Assembly (NCBI GenBank): GCA_030446435.1
Contig: JASURT010000001.1
Location: forward strand, 1-51,595
Origin: Candidatus Ozemobacter sp.
GTDB taxonomy: Bacteria; Muiribacteriota; Ozemobacteria; Ozemobacterales; Ozemobacteraceae
Length of the DNA: 51,595 bases
Direction of reading: 5' to 3'
Under the pieces are notes generated by a model that did not search any database, had not been told where the DNA came from, and was given only the letters and a program-made list of their open reading frames with translations. Both the position numbers and the translations under genes were made by a program. Shown one piece after another: positions 33,300-42,057 of this stretch. Each line of letters begins with the position of its first letter. Positions within the stretch are counted from its first letter, which is position 1.

Positions 33300-34237
33300 T
33301 GAAAAATATTTACCGACTTATCACTATATTCATCTGCCTTTCGCTTGCATTTTCTGCACAGGGCGCAGTTCGTAAGATCGGAAAAGTGAATCTGGGCCTG
33401 GCAGTGAGTCTTCACCCCCAGATGTCATTGTTCGATTTCGACCGAATGGGCTTTTTCAAAATCGCGCCCGGCCTATCAGAAGAGGAATTCATCAATGAAC
33501 TGAATAAGCTTAAAAATGCCCCGGTTTCGCAAGAATTTGCCAGACAAGAAGCCGAACTTCAAAAATCCCTAGCTGAACTCGACCGCAAAAAGGCCGCTTT
33601 AATGGATAAAATGGTCGGCATAACCTTAGAAGAAGGTCAAAAGCTTGAAAAGCAGTTGAATCAGGTCTCCATCGAATCTGAACAACTGAGAAAGAAATTG
33701 TCAGACATTGAATATCAGAGGCTTTGCCCCGATCTCACCTCTCCGAAAGAAACCCGTGAGACACTTAACAAAATAGAGAAAGAAGTAGTTTCTGAATTGA
33801 AGAAACTGGCTGAAGAAAAAGGCTATGAGCTGGTTCTTAATTCTTCAATAACCATGCCGTTCAATTTTCCGGTCAAATATTCATCAGGAGAGCTTTATGG
33901 ACTGGGTGTTCCAGGCATTGACTTCAGCCTGTTTTATTCGTTTCTGGCCAATAAAGACCATATTCTTCCCGGTGATGAAATGCCTGAATCAAGAAAACTG
34001 GTAAACTGGCTTGAACTTATCAATTCTCCTGACGCTCTGAGCATGTTGCCTTTAAAGCCCTACCCGTTGGTATTGCATGGCGGTGAAGATTTCACATCTG
34101 ATCTGATTCGGACTGTTTATAAAAATCACAAAATTGACCAGAGAGTTTTACAGGCAGTAATGGCCGTTCTTGACACATTGAAGCAACACGAAAAGAATTT
34201 TGATTCAAATATTGAAAGTCTGATTGGTCCCAAATAA
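33299..34237 (+). CDS. Skp/OmpH-like periplasmic chaperone paralog 2 (extended C-terminus)
   Basis: KIGKVNLGLAVSLHPQMSLFDF, a coiled-coil body, KGYELVLNSS, then after an insertion of about 70 aa VLHGGEDFTSDLIRTVYKNHKID (compare the Skp C-terminus DVKDITADVLKQVK). Confidence 0.65.
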   Translation: MKNIYRLITIFICLSLAFSAQGAVRKIGKVNLGLAVSLHPQMSLFDFDRMGFFKIAPGLSEEEFINELNKLKNAPVSQEFARQEAELQKSLAELDRKKAALMDKMVGITLEEGQKLEKQLNQVSIESEQLRKKLSDIEYQRLCPDLTSPKETRETLNKIEKEVVSELKKLAEEKGYELVLNSSITMPFNFPVKYSSGELYGLGVPGIDFSLFYSFLANKDHILPGDEMPESRKLVNWLELINSPDALSMLPLKPYPLVLHGGEDFTSDLIRTVYKNHKIDQRVLQAVMAVLDTLKQHEKNFDSNIESLIGPK

Positions 34238-34284
34238 TTAATGGCACTAAATTTGCGTTTACTAATCCCAGGGAGAAAAATACA

Positions 34285-35097
34285 ATGAGAAATTTCAGAG
34301 AAAACAAATCGGGCTTCACTCTGGTTGAAGTTCTCATTGCTGCCGGCGTTCTCGGCCTTTTTCTCACCGGATTGTTTTCATTTTACCGAATGGGAAGCCG
34401 GATGTTCATGTCCGGCAGCTGGAGGCTTCAGAAACAAAAAGAAGCCGAGAGATTTCTGGTCGTGCTTAAAGAGCGAATTGAACAGGCTTCCAATGCGACT
34501 GCCATAAACCCGACCTCTGACCCCCAGATGGTCGTTTCGCAATCACCTTTTGTCGTATTAAAAGACAACACAGCAGTTGCAGACATCAAAGCTGATCAGC
34601 GTCTGATGCTTTTCAGCGTATGCAAGCCAGACATGAGCGCCTTTGGCACCAACACGGGCATTCCAGGCCAGGGCCCCGGCCTGATTCTTTACCATTGCCT
34701 CATGGCCCGACCAGCTGAAAAAAATCTTTACACTCTTTATTTTCATGCAAATACTCAACAGGTTGCCAATAACGGAATAGACTATTTCAATACCTCAGCG
34801 GTATTTTACCCGGATTTAACCAAGTTTTCAGCCCCACTGGGCAACTTTGGCGCTGCGCCATCGGCCTTTTCACTTGGTGGAGCTCCTTTCACCATTAAAC
34901 TTTCTGATGTTGTACTGGCAAGCTTCAGCGTTGAAATAGCTTCAGGAACAGGTGGTCTTCAGGAAGTCGAAAAAGTTGTCGGTATTTCAATTCAATGTCA
35001 ACACCCAAAATATGAGCAAACTCAGGTTGTTCACGGGGTAAAAGCCAAGGTCGACTACTCTGTTCCCGTTGTCGAAAAGGATTTAGGAGATTTCTAG
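34285..35097 (+). CDS. prepilin-type N-terminal cleavage/methylation-domain protein (GspJ/PilW-sized pseudopilin)
   Basis: Canonical class III signal: KSG|FTLVEVLIAAGVLGLFLTGLF (Gly -1, Phe +1, Glu +5). 270 aa. Confidence 0.85.
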   Translation: MRNFRENKSGFTLVEVLIAAGVLGLFLTGLFSFYRMGSRMFMSGSWRLQKQKEAERFLVVLKERIEQASNATAINPTSDPQMVVSQSPFVVLKDNTAVADIKADQRLMLFSVCKPDMSAFGTNTGIPGQGPGLILYHCLMARPAEKNLYTLYFHANTQQVANNGIDYFNTSAVFYPDLTKFSAPLGNFGAAPSAFSLGGAPFTIKLSDVVLASFSVEIASGTGGLQEVEKVVGISIQCQHPKYEQTQVVHGVKAKVDYSVPVVEKDLGDF

Positions 35098-35676
35098 ATG
35101 AATAAACATATCAGAAAAATTTCATCGAGATCGGCCATGACCCTGACAGAAATAATTCTGGCCATGGCGTTACTGGCTTCGGCCTTCATTCCCATCATCG
35201 GGGTAATGGGTTCGTCAATGAAAGTAACCGAAAAGGACAACCGTACAATCAGAGCGGTTAACCTCTGTCAGGAAAAAATGAACCAGGCTTTGCAGTTTCC
35301 GTTTGGAATACTCGAAAAAGATGCAAACCCAACCAAAGTCTATGGGCAAAACAGCCAGGAAGTTATTCAATCGAGCACGGGTGCAAATAAAATCATTCTA
35401 ACCCTCGGCCCTGAAGAAATTGACGGCTTTGAATTCAGAGCAGAACTGAAAGTTCAGGATCGCCCGGGCACTTTTGTCGTTCCAATGTATGATCCGTTCG
35501 AAAAGGCTAAGCCGGCCAATAGAACCGACCCCAGCAAATGGGGCTGGAGCGAAGAAACCATTGCCTACAACAAAATGTATTACCAGTATACAATGACGAT
35601 TTTCTGGAGTGATAAAGGCGACAGCCAACAGAAAGAATACTCGTTGTCTTCATTCAAATCGAAGGTGAGAGAGTAA
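35098..35676 (+). CDS. pseudopilin-like protein with a non-canonical leader junction (Ala at -1)
   Basis: SRSA|MTLTEIILAMALLASAFIPIIGV has Glu +5 and the hydrophobic helix, but Ala replaces the invariant Gly -1. 192 aa (GspI/PilV-like size). Confidence 0.7.
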   Translation: MNKHIRKISSRSAMTLTEIILAMALLASAFIPIIGVMGSSMKVTEKDNRTIRAVNLCQEKMNQALQFPFGILEKDANPTKVYGQNSQEVIQSSTGANKIILTLGPEEIDGFEFRAELKVQDRPGTFVVPMYDPFEKAKPANRTDPSKWGWSEETIAYNKMYYQYTMTIFWSDKGDSQQKEYSLSSFKSKVRE

Positions 35677-35677
35677 T

Positions 35678-36181
35678 ATGAATAAAACCCGTAAAAATTC
35701 GAAAAAGGGAATGGCACTGGTCATGGCGCTGGTGTTTGCTGTTGTTCTTCTGCAGATGGCCATTGCTTTCAGCAGCATGACCCAGACAAGCAAACCCCAG
35801 ACGGTTCAGATCGACGAAAGAATTAAGCTCGATTACCTTGCCCACGGCCTAACTGAACTGGCTCTTCTAAAATTTCAACTCTACCCTGGAGATTACTACG
35901 CCTGCTGGGAGGCCCATGAACTTGGCACAGACAACTACCTGAACCGTTTTACCATCAATGCACCTGAATTTACAATTGCCAACTTTACCGACTCAAAATC
36001 TTCTTTCAATGATCAGGCAATCGGTATTCAGCTTGCCAGTATGGCAATTTATACAGACAACCGCTGGAAAACAGAAGCGCTTTTCATTCAGGCAGGCGCA
36101 GAGTACACTGACCAGTTTGGCCGTGAAATATCTAAAGATGCTGTTCGCATCGTATCGTTACAGAGAGTTCTAAAAAAGTAG
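35678..36181 (+). CDS. pseudopilin-like protein lacking Glu+5 (GspK/PilX-like class)
   Basis: KKG|MALVMALVFAVVLLQMAIAF has Gly -1 and a hydrophobic helix, but Met sits at +5, as in the GspK/PilX-type minor subunits. 167 aa. Confidence 0.6.
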   Translation: MNKTRKNSKKGMALVMALVFAVVLLQMAIAFSSMTQTSKPQTVQIDERIKLDYLAHGLTELALLKFQLYPGDYYACWEAHELGTDNYLNRFTINAPEFTIANFTDSKSSFNDQAIGIQLASMAIYTDNRWKTEALFIQAGAEYTDQFGREISKDAVRIVSLQRVLKK

Positions 36182-36194
36182 CAAGAGGAAACAG

Positions 36195-37166
36195 ATGACT
36201 GTAAAAAGCAAAAAAATTCAAAGCCCGATTGTAATCCTGGCAGGGCTGTTTATATTAATCGCTGCTTGCGCCTGGCAAGCAAATGCTGCAACCAAAGCAC
36301 TTATCGGCAAAATAGACCTGAAAGCAGTCATACTGCTTCACCCGGGCATGAGATCATATGACCCTTACCTGCAAGCCTTCAAGGTTGATCCGGCAAAGGT
36401 TCCCCAGACGATTATGCAGCAAAAATCAGATCAGCATAAGGGCGAAATCGAAAGTCTTACAGCCCAGGCAAGACTCTTGCAAGGTCGCATTCATGAGCTT
36501 CAGCGAAATTTCAATCGCGAAATAGACCGTATTTCAAGCAACTACCTCGACGGGCTTGATACACTTGCTACAGGCCCAAGAGCTCTGAAACGACAGCAGT
36601 ATGAGTTATCCAAGAATCGCGCAGAAACTTCGTTCAATGCAAAACTTCATGCACTCGGCGCTCAGTTGTCACAGGCCGAAGAAAGACTGAACCGACTCGA
36701 AAAGATTGCATATCATGTGGGTTACACCGATCCCGAAAACACGCAAAAGCAGTTTTTGGCGATCATAAACGAAATTCGCCAATACACTCAGCAAATTGCC
36801 AATCAAAAAGGCATAGAAGTGGTGCTGAACTCTAAAAGCCGCGAACTTAAAGCTCTTAAAAACGAAAATCCTGTTCTGGCACCTGACCTTGATTATGAAA
36901 AAATCTTTCGCCAGCCTTTTCCAAATGAAATTCGCAATGATTCTGCTGCCATTAGCGGCTATTACCAGAATATCACCAGTCTGGCCCATAACTGGCTCAG
37001 CCATGGTTCTGACATTCTGCAGCCATTTTCAAATCAGATTATCGATAACGACATTTTTATCGGCGGCACTGATCTTACCGTAGAAGTGCTTGCCGCCATT
37101 TTCAGAACTTACAAAGTCGACTCGAATATTGGCAACGCCGTTATTCAGGCGATTTACAACAATTAG
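36195..37166 (+). CDS. Skp/OmpH-like periplasmic chaperone paralog 3 (extended C-terminus)
   Basis: LIGKIDLKAVILLHPGMRSYDP, a coiled-coil body, KGIEVVLNSKS, and IFIGGTDLTVEVLAAIFRTYKVD, which aligns with paralog 2 VLHGGEDFTSDLIRTVYKNHKID. Confidence 0.65.
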   Translation: MTVKSKKIQSPIVILAGLFILIAACAWQANAATKALIGKIDLKAVILLHPGMRSYDPYLQAFKVDPAKVPQTIMQQKSDQHKGEIESLTAQARLLQGRIHELQRNFNREIDRISSNYLDGLDTLATGPRALKRQQYELSKNRAETSFNAKLHALGAQLSQAEERLNRLEKIAYHVGYTDPENTQKQFLAIINEIRQYTQQIANQKGIEVVLNSKSRELKALKNENPVLAPDLDYEKIFRQPFPNEIRNDSAAISGYYQNITSLAHNWLSHGSDILQPFSNQIIDNDIFIGGTDLTVEVLAAIFRTYKVDSNIGNAVIQAIYNN

Positions 37167-37197
37167 CATGCCCGCAGGTTTATGAAGGAGGGAGTAT

Positions 37198-40100
37198 ATG
37201 TGTGCCATGATTAAGAAAAGGGGTTTGGTTTTACTGCTATTGCTTATTTCAATTCTATTTTCGGTTACGGCTAACGCCGCCCTGAAACCGGAATATAGAA
37301 GAAATGGCGAATGCTATCTTCTCATCGGTGAAGGCCCTACTTCAATGCGAGGTATTTACCGCCTCAACAACCCGGAAAGGAACAAGCTTTACGACCCACC
37401 CAAATACCTGTTCAAGCCTAACAGCTCGATCGGTTTTTCGGTCGACCTTGAAAGAAAAATCTATACTTTTTCTGAAAAGGTAGTTCCAGGTTACACCATG
37501 CTCAGCGAGCCTCTTAAGCGCCAGGTTCTCGATTCCGGCAGCACAGATCTCGCCGACTGGGGTTATCATGCATATATTCACTACGATCACCGTTCCTGGG
37601 GAAGAAACACCAACGTTTATCGTACAGGCCCCAAAAACCGTTACATTCGCCGAAACGGCAGAGGCTGGTGGCCTTATTTCAGATCAGCCGGCCCCGGTAG
37701 CCCTATTCCCACCCCTGCAGGCAACCCATTGCCGAATGTTCCATCAGTTCCACTCGGAGTATACTCAGGTAAGCGCTGGTATTCGATCCCTAACGGTTCA
37801 TGGTATTCAAGCTGGAGAAGAAAAAGCGCACGCGGCGGCCCTGGCGGTGGTATCTTTTATGTAGTTTACGGCGACAAAGTTACCGGACAACCTCATAACT
37901 GGACCCTCTACACTTATAAACCCGACAATATAAACGCCGACGCACCGAATTACAGCTCGAATGCGGGCTCGGTAGTTGCGGTTTCCTACGACAAAAAAAT
38001 TACCCGCCAGATTTTTGCCGGCTGTCTTGACGGCTGTGGTGGAGCAAGCGGCTCAGGCGGCGGTGTTGCTGACCCTATGGTTAACGACCTTGCCTTCATG
38101 CCCCCGATCAAAGATCAGCCTTCAAGAACCTATTTTTATTCTAGACCAGAAGGAAAATCCGATTATACGGTAACCCTTAACAGAAGTTCTTATGCTCCCC
38201 CTTCGCCTCGTGGAAACCCTATCATCGGAAGCCCCGAAAGCACAGACACCTACTGGATCGGCGTTTCTATGCGAAATGTAAGTTCTGATTACGTCTATTG
38301 TATTGGCACAAACAACATTCGTAACTGGTATAAACAGGCAACCAATTCATCAGGAGCAGGGATCAACATTTCTGCGGTTGCAGTTTCAAATCAATGGAAT
38401 CAGAAGGGCGGTATCGTTTTCGCCTATGATAAACGCGCCAAGGTCGTTTACAAATTTGAACGCTACGAAAACGACCCGAACGAACCGCCCATCTCAAGAA
38501 GCAGATACGAAGGTATCGACGTTTCTGACCTGATGTCTTTGATCAATGCCAGAGCAGACTCTGAGATCGATGATATTAAAGCAGACGGCTTCGGTAGCTT
38601 GTATTTTGCGATGTCTTATCCTTCAAAAAATGTTAACGCCTATGACCCCAGAAAATACTTCAAGGTCAATGACACGATCAGAATTTACCCTGATCCGGTT
38701 CAGGACCCCGAAGAACTGGCAACAGTATGGCTGATTTATCGTCAGCAATATGGTAAAGCCGTTTTTGAAAGAAGCATCTATAGCTCCGTTCCCAAAGAAA
38801 TCGGCAAAAAGGTCTTTGCAGAAAGATACTACAATCTGCATGTGAAACTTCCTCATGCCGGTATGGACGAACTTGTGAAATCAGGACCAGTACCGCACAA
38901 CAACGTTGAAAACATTCTTTCAAGCTGGTCAGCCCAGATTGGTAACAACGACGGAATAATCAACAAGGACGATTTCTCATACGGCAGTAAAGGCCTTTAC
39001 TACGATTACAATTTCGGCGACCCTGGCCATGCCAAACTTGCGGTTATCAATATCCCGACACCGCCCGAAGTCATAAGCCTTGGTGGCAAAAAATCATGGC
39101 TCGACATCTGCGGCCCCTATTCTGATTACCCGGTTTCAACAGATATGAACAGCACCCAGCAGGACCAGAATCTTATTTCTCCTCCACCTGCAAAGCTTTC
39201 ACTTGATACAGTCTATTTCTATATGGTTGAAAACTACCCGTTAACCACAGGTGCCTGGAACCCCACCGACCAACCCGACTGGGATGGCGACGGGCGCAGA
39301 GGCGGGTTCATCACTTCAATCAGTGACACAAATTCTTCGACTGCAGGCGGCAGCGTGGCTTATCGCTGGAGAACCTGGCACGTTGAAGATCTCTTCGGTA
39401 ACCCGGTTTATCCTCCGGTACCTTATCCGAAAGTCGCTGCCCCTAGAAACGGCACCAACACAGGGCAAGATCACTTCACCGTCTTTTATTCACCAGTAAG
39501 AGGTAAGTATATTATCACTTGCCAGGTAATCTATGACTGGTATGACTATGACCTGCTACCATTCGGAAGTACAGTTGATGACCTTCCATCAGTCTTCAGA
39601 TCAAATGCCAAAGCCAGCCCTGTCACCACAGGTGGTATGGCCATGCAAACCGCCAATAGTCAGTTGAATTCGATCATGAGCACCCCTGATTTCAAATTCA
39701 TGCAGGCTTCTGCCAGTGCCTACATCTCTTACATTACTGAAAGAATGGAAACAGGCGCGAATGATTCATACTTCGCCTGTGTTCCTGTAGTTGCTGGTGT
39801 TGCAACAGAACCACAGCCCATTCCTTCGGATTTGATCGCGAGAATCGACAGATGTGACGGCTGGGCCCCTAACAACGTTGCTAAATCAACTCACTGGTCA
39901 GCAGCATCTGACTATCACGGCATAGTAGCCGGAAAGCCCTATTTCTGGCGAATCAATCTTGCATCGCAAACCGTTTTGTTTGACGATATCAGTAAGTCAG
40001 GAGCGTCAAGAAACTTCATCGTTAAGAAAATGACCACCCCTGAATATGATAAAGACGGCAACCAGATCAACACTCTTTTCGTCAATACCAGAGGCACCAA

Positions 40101-42006
40101 AGTAACCTTTGACAATGTCGGCGATGACCTGCGCTGGAAAACCGAAGCAAGCAATCCTGACGCAATCGAACTCGAATCATATCTTGAATATGCAATTCCT
40201 GATGACGAAGGCAACCCCAAGATTGTAAAACTGCCGCTGCTTGCATCTTCAAGTAGCGCATTGCCTTCAAAGAAGCCGATTATTGCTTCTACTTCGACCG
40301 ACCTGCCGCCAACCGACCCATACTTCGCCGAGCTGGTCATTAAAATGACACGCACAATTCTTTATGACTTGAGAATCAAGAATAAAGACGGCCGAGTCAT
40401 GGGTATGGCGACAAACATTCCGCTTCGTTTTACCCTTTACGGTAAAACAAAGGTTCTGATTGTAGACAAACAGGCGCCCAAGATTCTCTATGCCCATACC
40501 AAACCGGTCAATCTTTTTGCTGACGCTGGTTTTGCAATCCAGGCAGGCAAAGGCCCCCTCGGTGGTAACCCGGCATCAGTCAGTATCAGATTGTCTGATA
40601 ACAACCCCTGGGAAGCAGTCGATAAAGTGGTCGGCATTAAAAGCAAAAGCACCTGGTTGAGTAACTACAATCATAACCAGGGAGCTCCGACCGGCGCTCC
40701 GACCTCAAGGTTCAATTATAAGCCGGTATTTGCCAAGACCTTGAACCGCAACGTTTCATTGTCATTCGACCGGGCCAGTCGACTCGATTCTGGTATCGTA
40801 AAACTCTTCCCACCTGACCAGGCCGCGCCAACTTCTGCACCGACAGTTAAACATAACTTTGCTCAGGCGTTTGGTGATATGTATACTCATAAATACATAA
40901 TGAGCGGCGGCAACTGTATACCTGTCGAAAAGCGACTGCAGCGCGAGTACCAATCTACCAAAGATGTAATCAATGGCACAGAACTTTACTTTGCCACCAT
41001 CGGCTTCAGAATTCCGCTGAACTTTCTTGCCGTCGATTCTAAGAACATCCACACCAACGTATTACCCAAAGGCTATGCCAACAATACTCCTGGCTACGAT
41101 GACGGCGGCAAAATCAGACCTTACAAGTTCTATCTGACTGCCAAAGATTCATCGGGCAACCTGCTCAGTAATAAATCTCTGAATATCGCAATTCATCCCC
41201 GGGATATTCATAAGCCCAACCCCTATGGCTTCTTTACTGAACACAAAGATGATACGACCAGCTACTTCCCGCTGCTTAGAGCCGCAACCGATGCTTCTGA
41301 TTCCGACAGCTCGCCACAGAACGTCGATCTAAACTCATTTAAAGAAAATTATTTCGACAGCAACAACTGGCTTGCCGACAAAACAGGCAGCATCAAGGTT
41401 AAAAACAGCGACGGACTTGCGTTCCCATACTATAAAGCCCTGCCTTCACTTGGAGACAACATTAAATTCAAGTTCACCAGTGATTCGACTCTTGATTACT
41501 ATGAAAAGCTGATTGAAAAGAAAATTCCGCCAACTTTCATCGAAGACAACGTCGAGTTCACAATTGGCTGTGGTGTCAGCGATAACGCCGGCGAAGCCGT
41601 AGCCACGCTGACCTTCAAATACATTGACACCAAAGGCAAGGCCCAGACTCGCGAAACAAGCTCAAGCTGGACAAGTGCAATGAAAGTTGCCGGCACTACC
41701 GGCAGCGACCCCGATATTGCTTCAAGTCCAACCGAAATAAGAGGACTTTTCCGTGGTGACACCGCTAATTATCCGATGGCGGTACCGGTTAAGATCGTTG
41801 CCGAAGACAACGCCAGAGACTGGGATTATTACATCGGTCAGGGCGGGGAACTTGCTGATCCGGATAATCCCTGGAGCGACTGGAAATGGGGTCCGTATAA
41901 AAAAGGTAACGATAAAAAGAATGTCAGAACCTTTAAAACCAGTATTCCGGTATATGGCACTGATTTGATTATCAGGACCATCGACAAGGGAATGAGAAAC
42001 AAATAA
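37198..42006 (+). CDS. 1602-aa secreted protein of unknown family (candidate cargo or tip protein of the locus)
   Basis: Strong RBS AAGGAGGGAG (37185-37194). Sec signal ...LLLLLISILFSVTANA|A. Composition rich in W, Y, P, G and N. DWDGDG (DxDxDG-type Ca-binding-like loop) encoded at 39277-39294. The operon terminator follows. Confidence 0.85.
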   Translation: MCAMIKKRGLVLLLLLISILFSVTANAALKPEYRRNGECYLLIGEGPTSMRGIYRLNNPERNKLYDPPKYLFKPNSSIGFSVDLERKIYTFSEKVVPGYTMLSEPLKRQVLDSGSTDLADWGYHAYIHYDHRSWGRNTNVYRTGPKNRYIRRNGRGWWPYFRSAGPGSPIPTPAGNPLPNVPSVPLGVYSGKRWYSIPNGSWYSSWRRKSARGGPGGGIFYVVYGDKVTGQPHNWTLYTYKPDNINADAPNYSSNAGSVVAVSYDKKITRQIFAGCLDGCGGASGSGGGVADPMVNDLAFMPPIKDQPSRTYFYSRPEGKSDYTVTLNRSSYAPPSPRGNPIIGSPESTDTYWIGVSMRNVSSDYVYCIGTNNIRNWYKQATNSSGAGINISAVAVSNQWNQKGGIVFAYDKRAKVVYKFERYENDPNEPPISRSRYEGIDVSDLMSLINARADSEIDDIKADGFGSLYFAMSYPSKNVNAYDPRKYFKVNDTIRIYPDPVQDPEELATVWLIYRQQYGKAVFERSIYSSVPKEIGKKVFAERYYNLHVKLPHAGMDELVKSGPVPHNNVENILSSWSAQIGNNDGIINKDDFSYGSKGLYYDYNFGDPGHAKLAVINIPTPPEVISLGGKKSWLDICGPYSDYPVSTDMNSTQQDQNLISPPPAKLSLDTVYFYMVENYPLTTGAWNPTDQPDWDGDGRRGGFITSISDTNSSTAGGSVAYRWRTWHVEDLFGNPVYPPVPYPKVAAPRNGTNTGQDHFTVFYSPVRGKYIITCQVIYDWYDYDLLPFGSTVDDLPSVFRSNAKASPVTTGGMAMQTANSQLNSIMSTPDFKFMQASASAYISYITERMETGANDSYFACVPVVAGVATEPQPIPSDLIARIDRCDGWAPNNVAKSTHWSAASDYHGIVAGKPYFWRINLASQTVLFDDISKSGASRNFIVKKMTTPEYDKDGNQINTLFVNTRGTKVTFDNVGDDLRWKTEASNPDAIELESYLEYAIPDDEGNPKIVKLPLLASSSSALPSKKPIIASTSTDLPPTDPYFAELVIKMTRTILYDLRIKNKDGRVMGMATNIPLRFTLYGKTKVLIVDKQAPKILYAHTKPVNLFADAGFAIQAGKGPLGGNPASVSIRLSDNNPWEAVDKVVGIKSKSTWLSNYNHNQGAPTGAPTSRFNYKPVFAKTLNRNVSLSFDRASRLDSGIVKLFPPDQAAPTSAPTVKHNFAQAFGDMYTHKYIMSGGNCIPVEKRLQREYQSTKDVINGTELYFATIGFRIPLNFLAVDSKNIHTNVLPKGYANNTPGYDDGGKIRPYKFYLTAKDSSGNLLSNKSLNIAIHPRDIHKPNPYGFFTEHKDDTTSYFPLLRAATDASDSDSSPQNVDLNSFKENYFDSNNWLADKTGSIKVKNSDGLAFPYYKALPSLGDNIKFKFTSDSTLDYYEKLIEKKIPPTFIEDNVEFTIGCGVSDNAGEAVATLTFKYIDTKGKAQTRETSSSWTSAMKVAGTTGSDPDIASSPTEIRGLFRGDTANYPMAVPVKIVAEDNARDWDYYIGQGGELADPDNPWSDWKWGPYKKGNDKKNVRTFKTSIPVYGTDLIIRTIDKGMRNK

Positions 42007-42020
42007 AACTGGAATGAAAA

Positions 42021-42057
42021 GCGGTCTGCTCTATTGGGGCAGACCGCCTTTTTTTTA
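42021..42057. terminator. bidirectional rho-independent terminator (giant gene / M42 peptidase gene)
   Basis: Perfect 9-bp stem GCGGTCTGC (42021-42029) / GCAGACCGC (42039-42047), then a CTTTTTTTTT run. GAAAA lies upstream for the opposite direction. Confidence 0.8.

Noticed and set aside
37342-41968. About a dozen 60-138-aa ORFs on both strands inside the 1602-aa gene (for example 39939-40355, 138 aa)
   Set aside because: All are nested in one continuous, RBS-led, signal-peptide-bearing ORF. There is no independent support for any of them.
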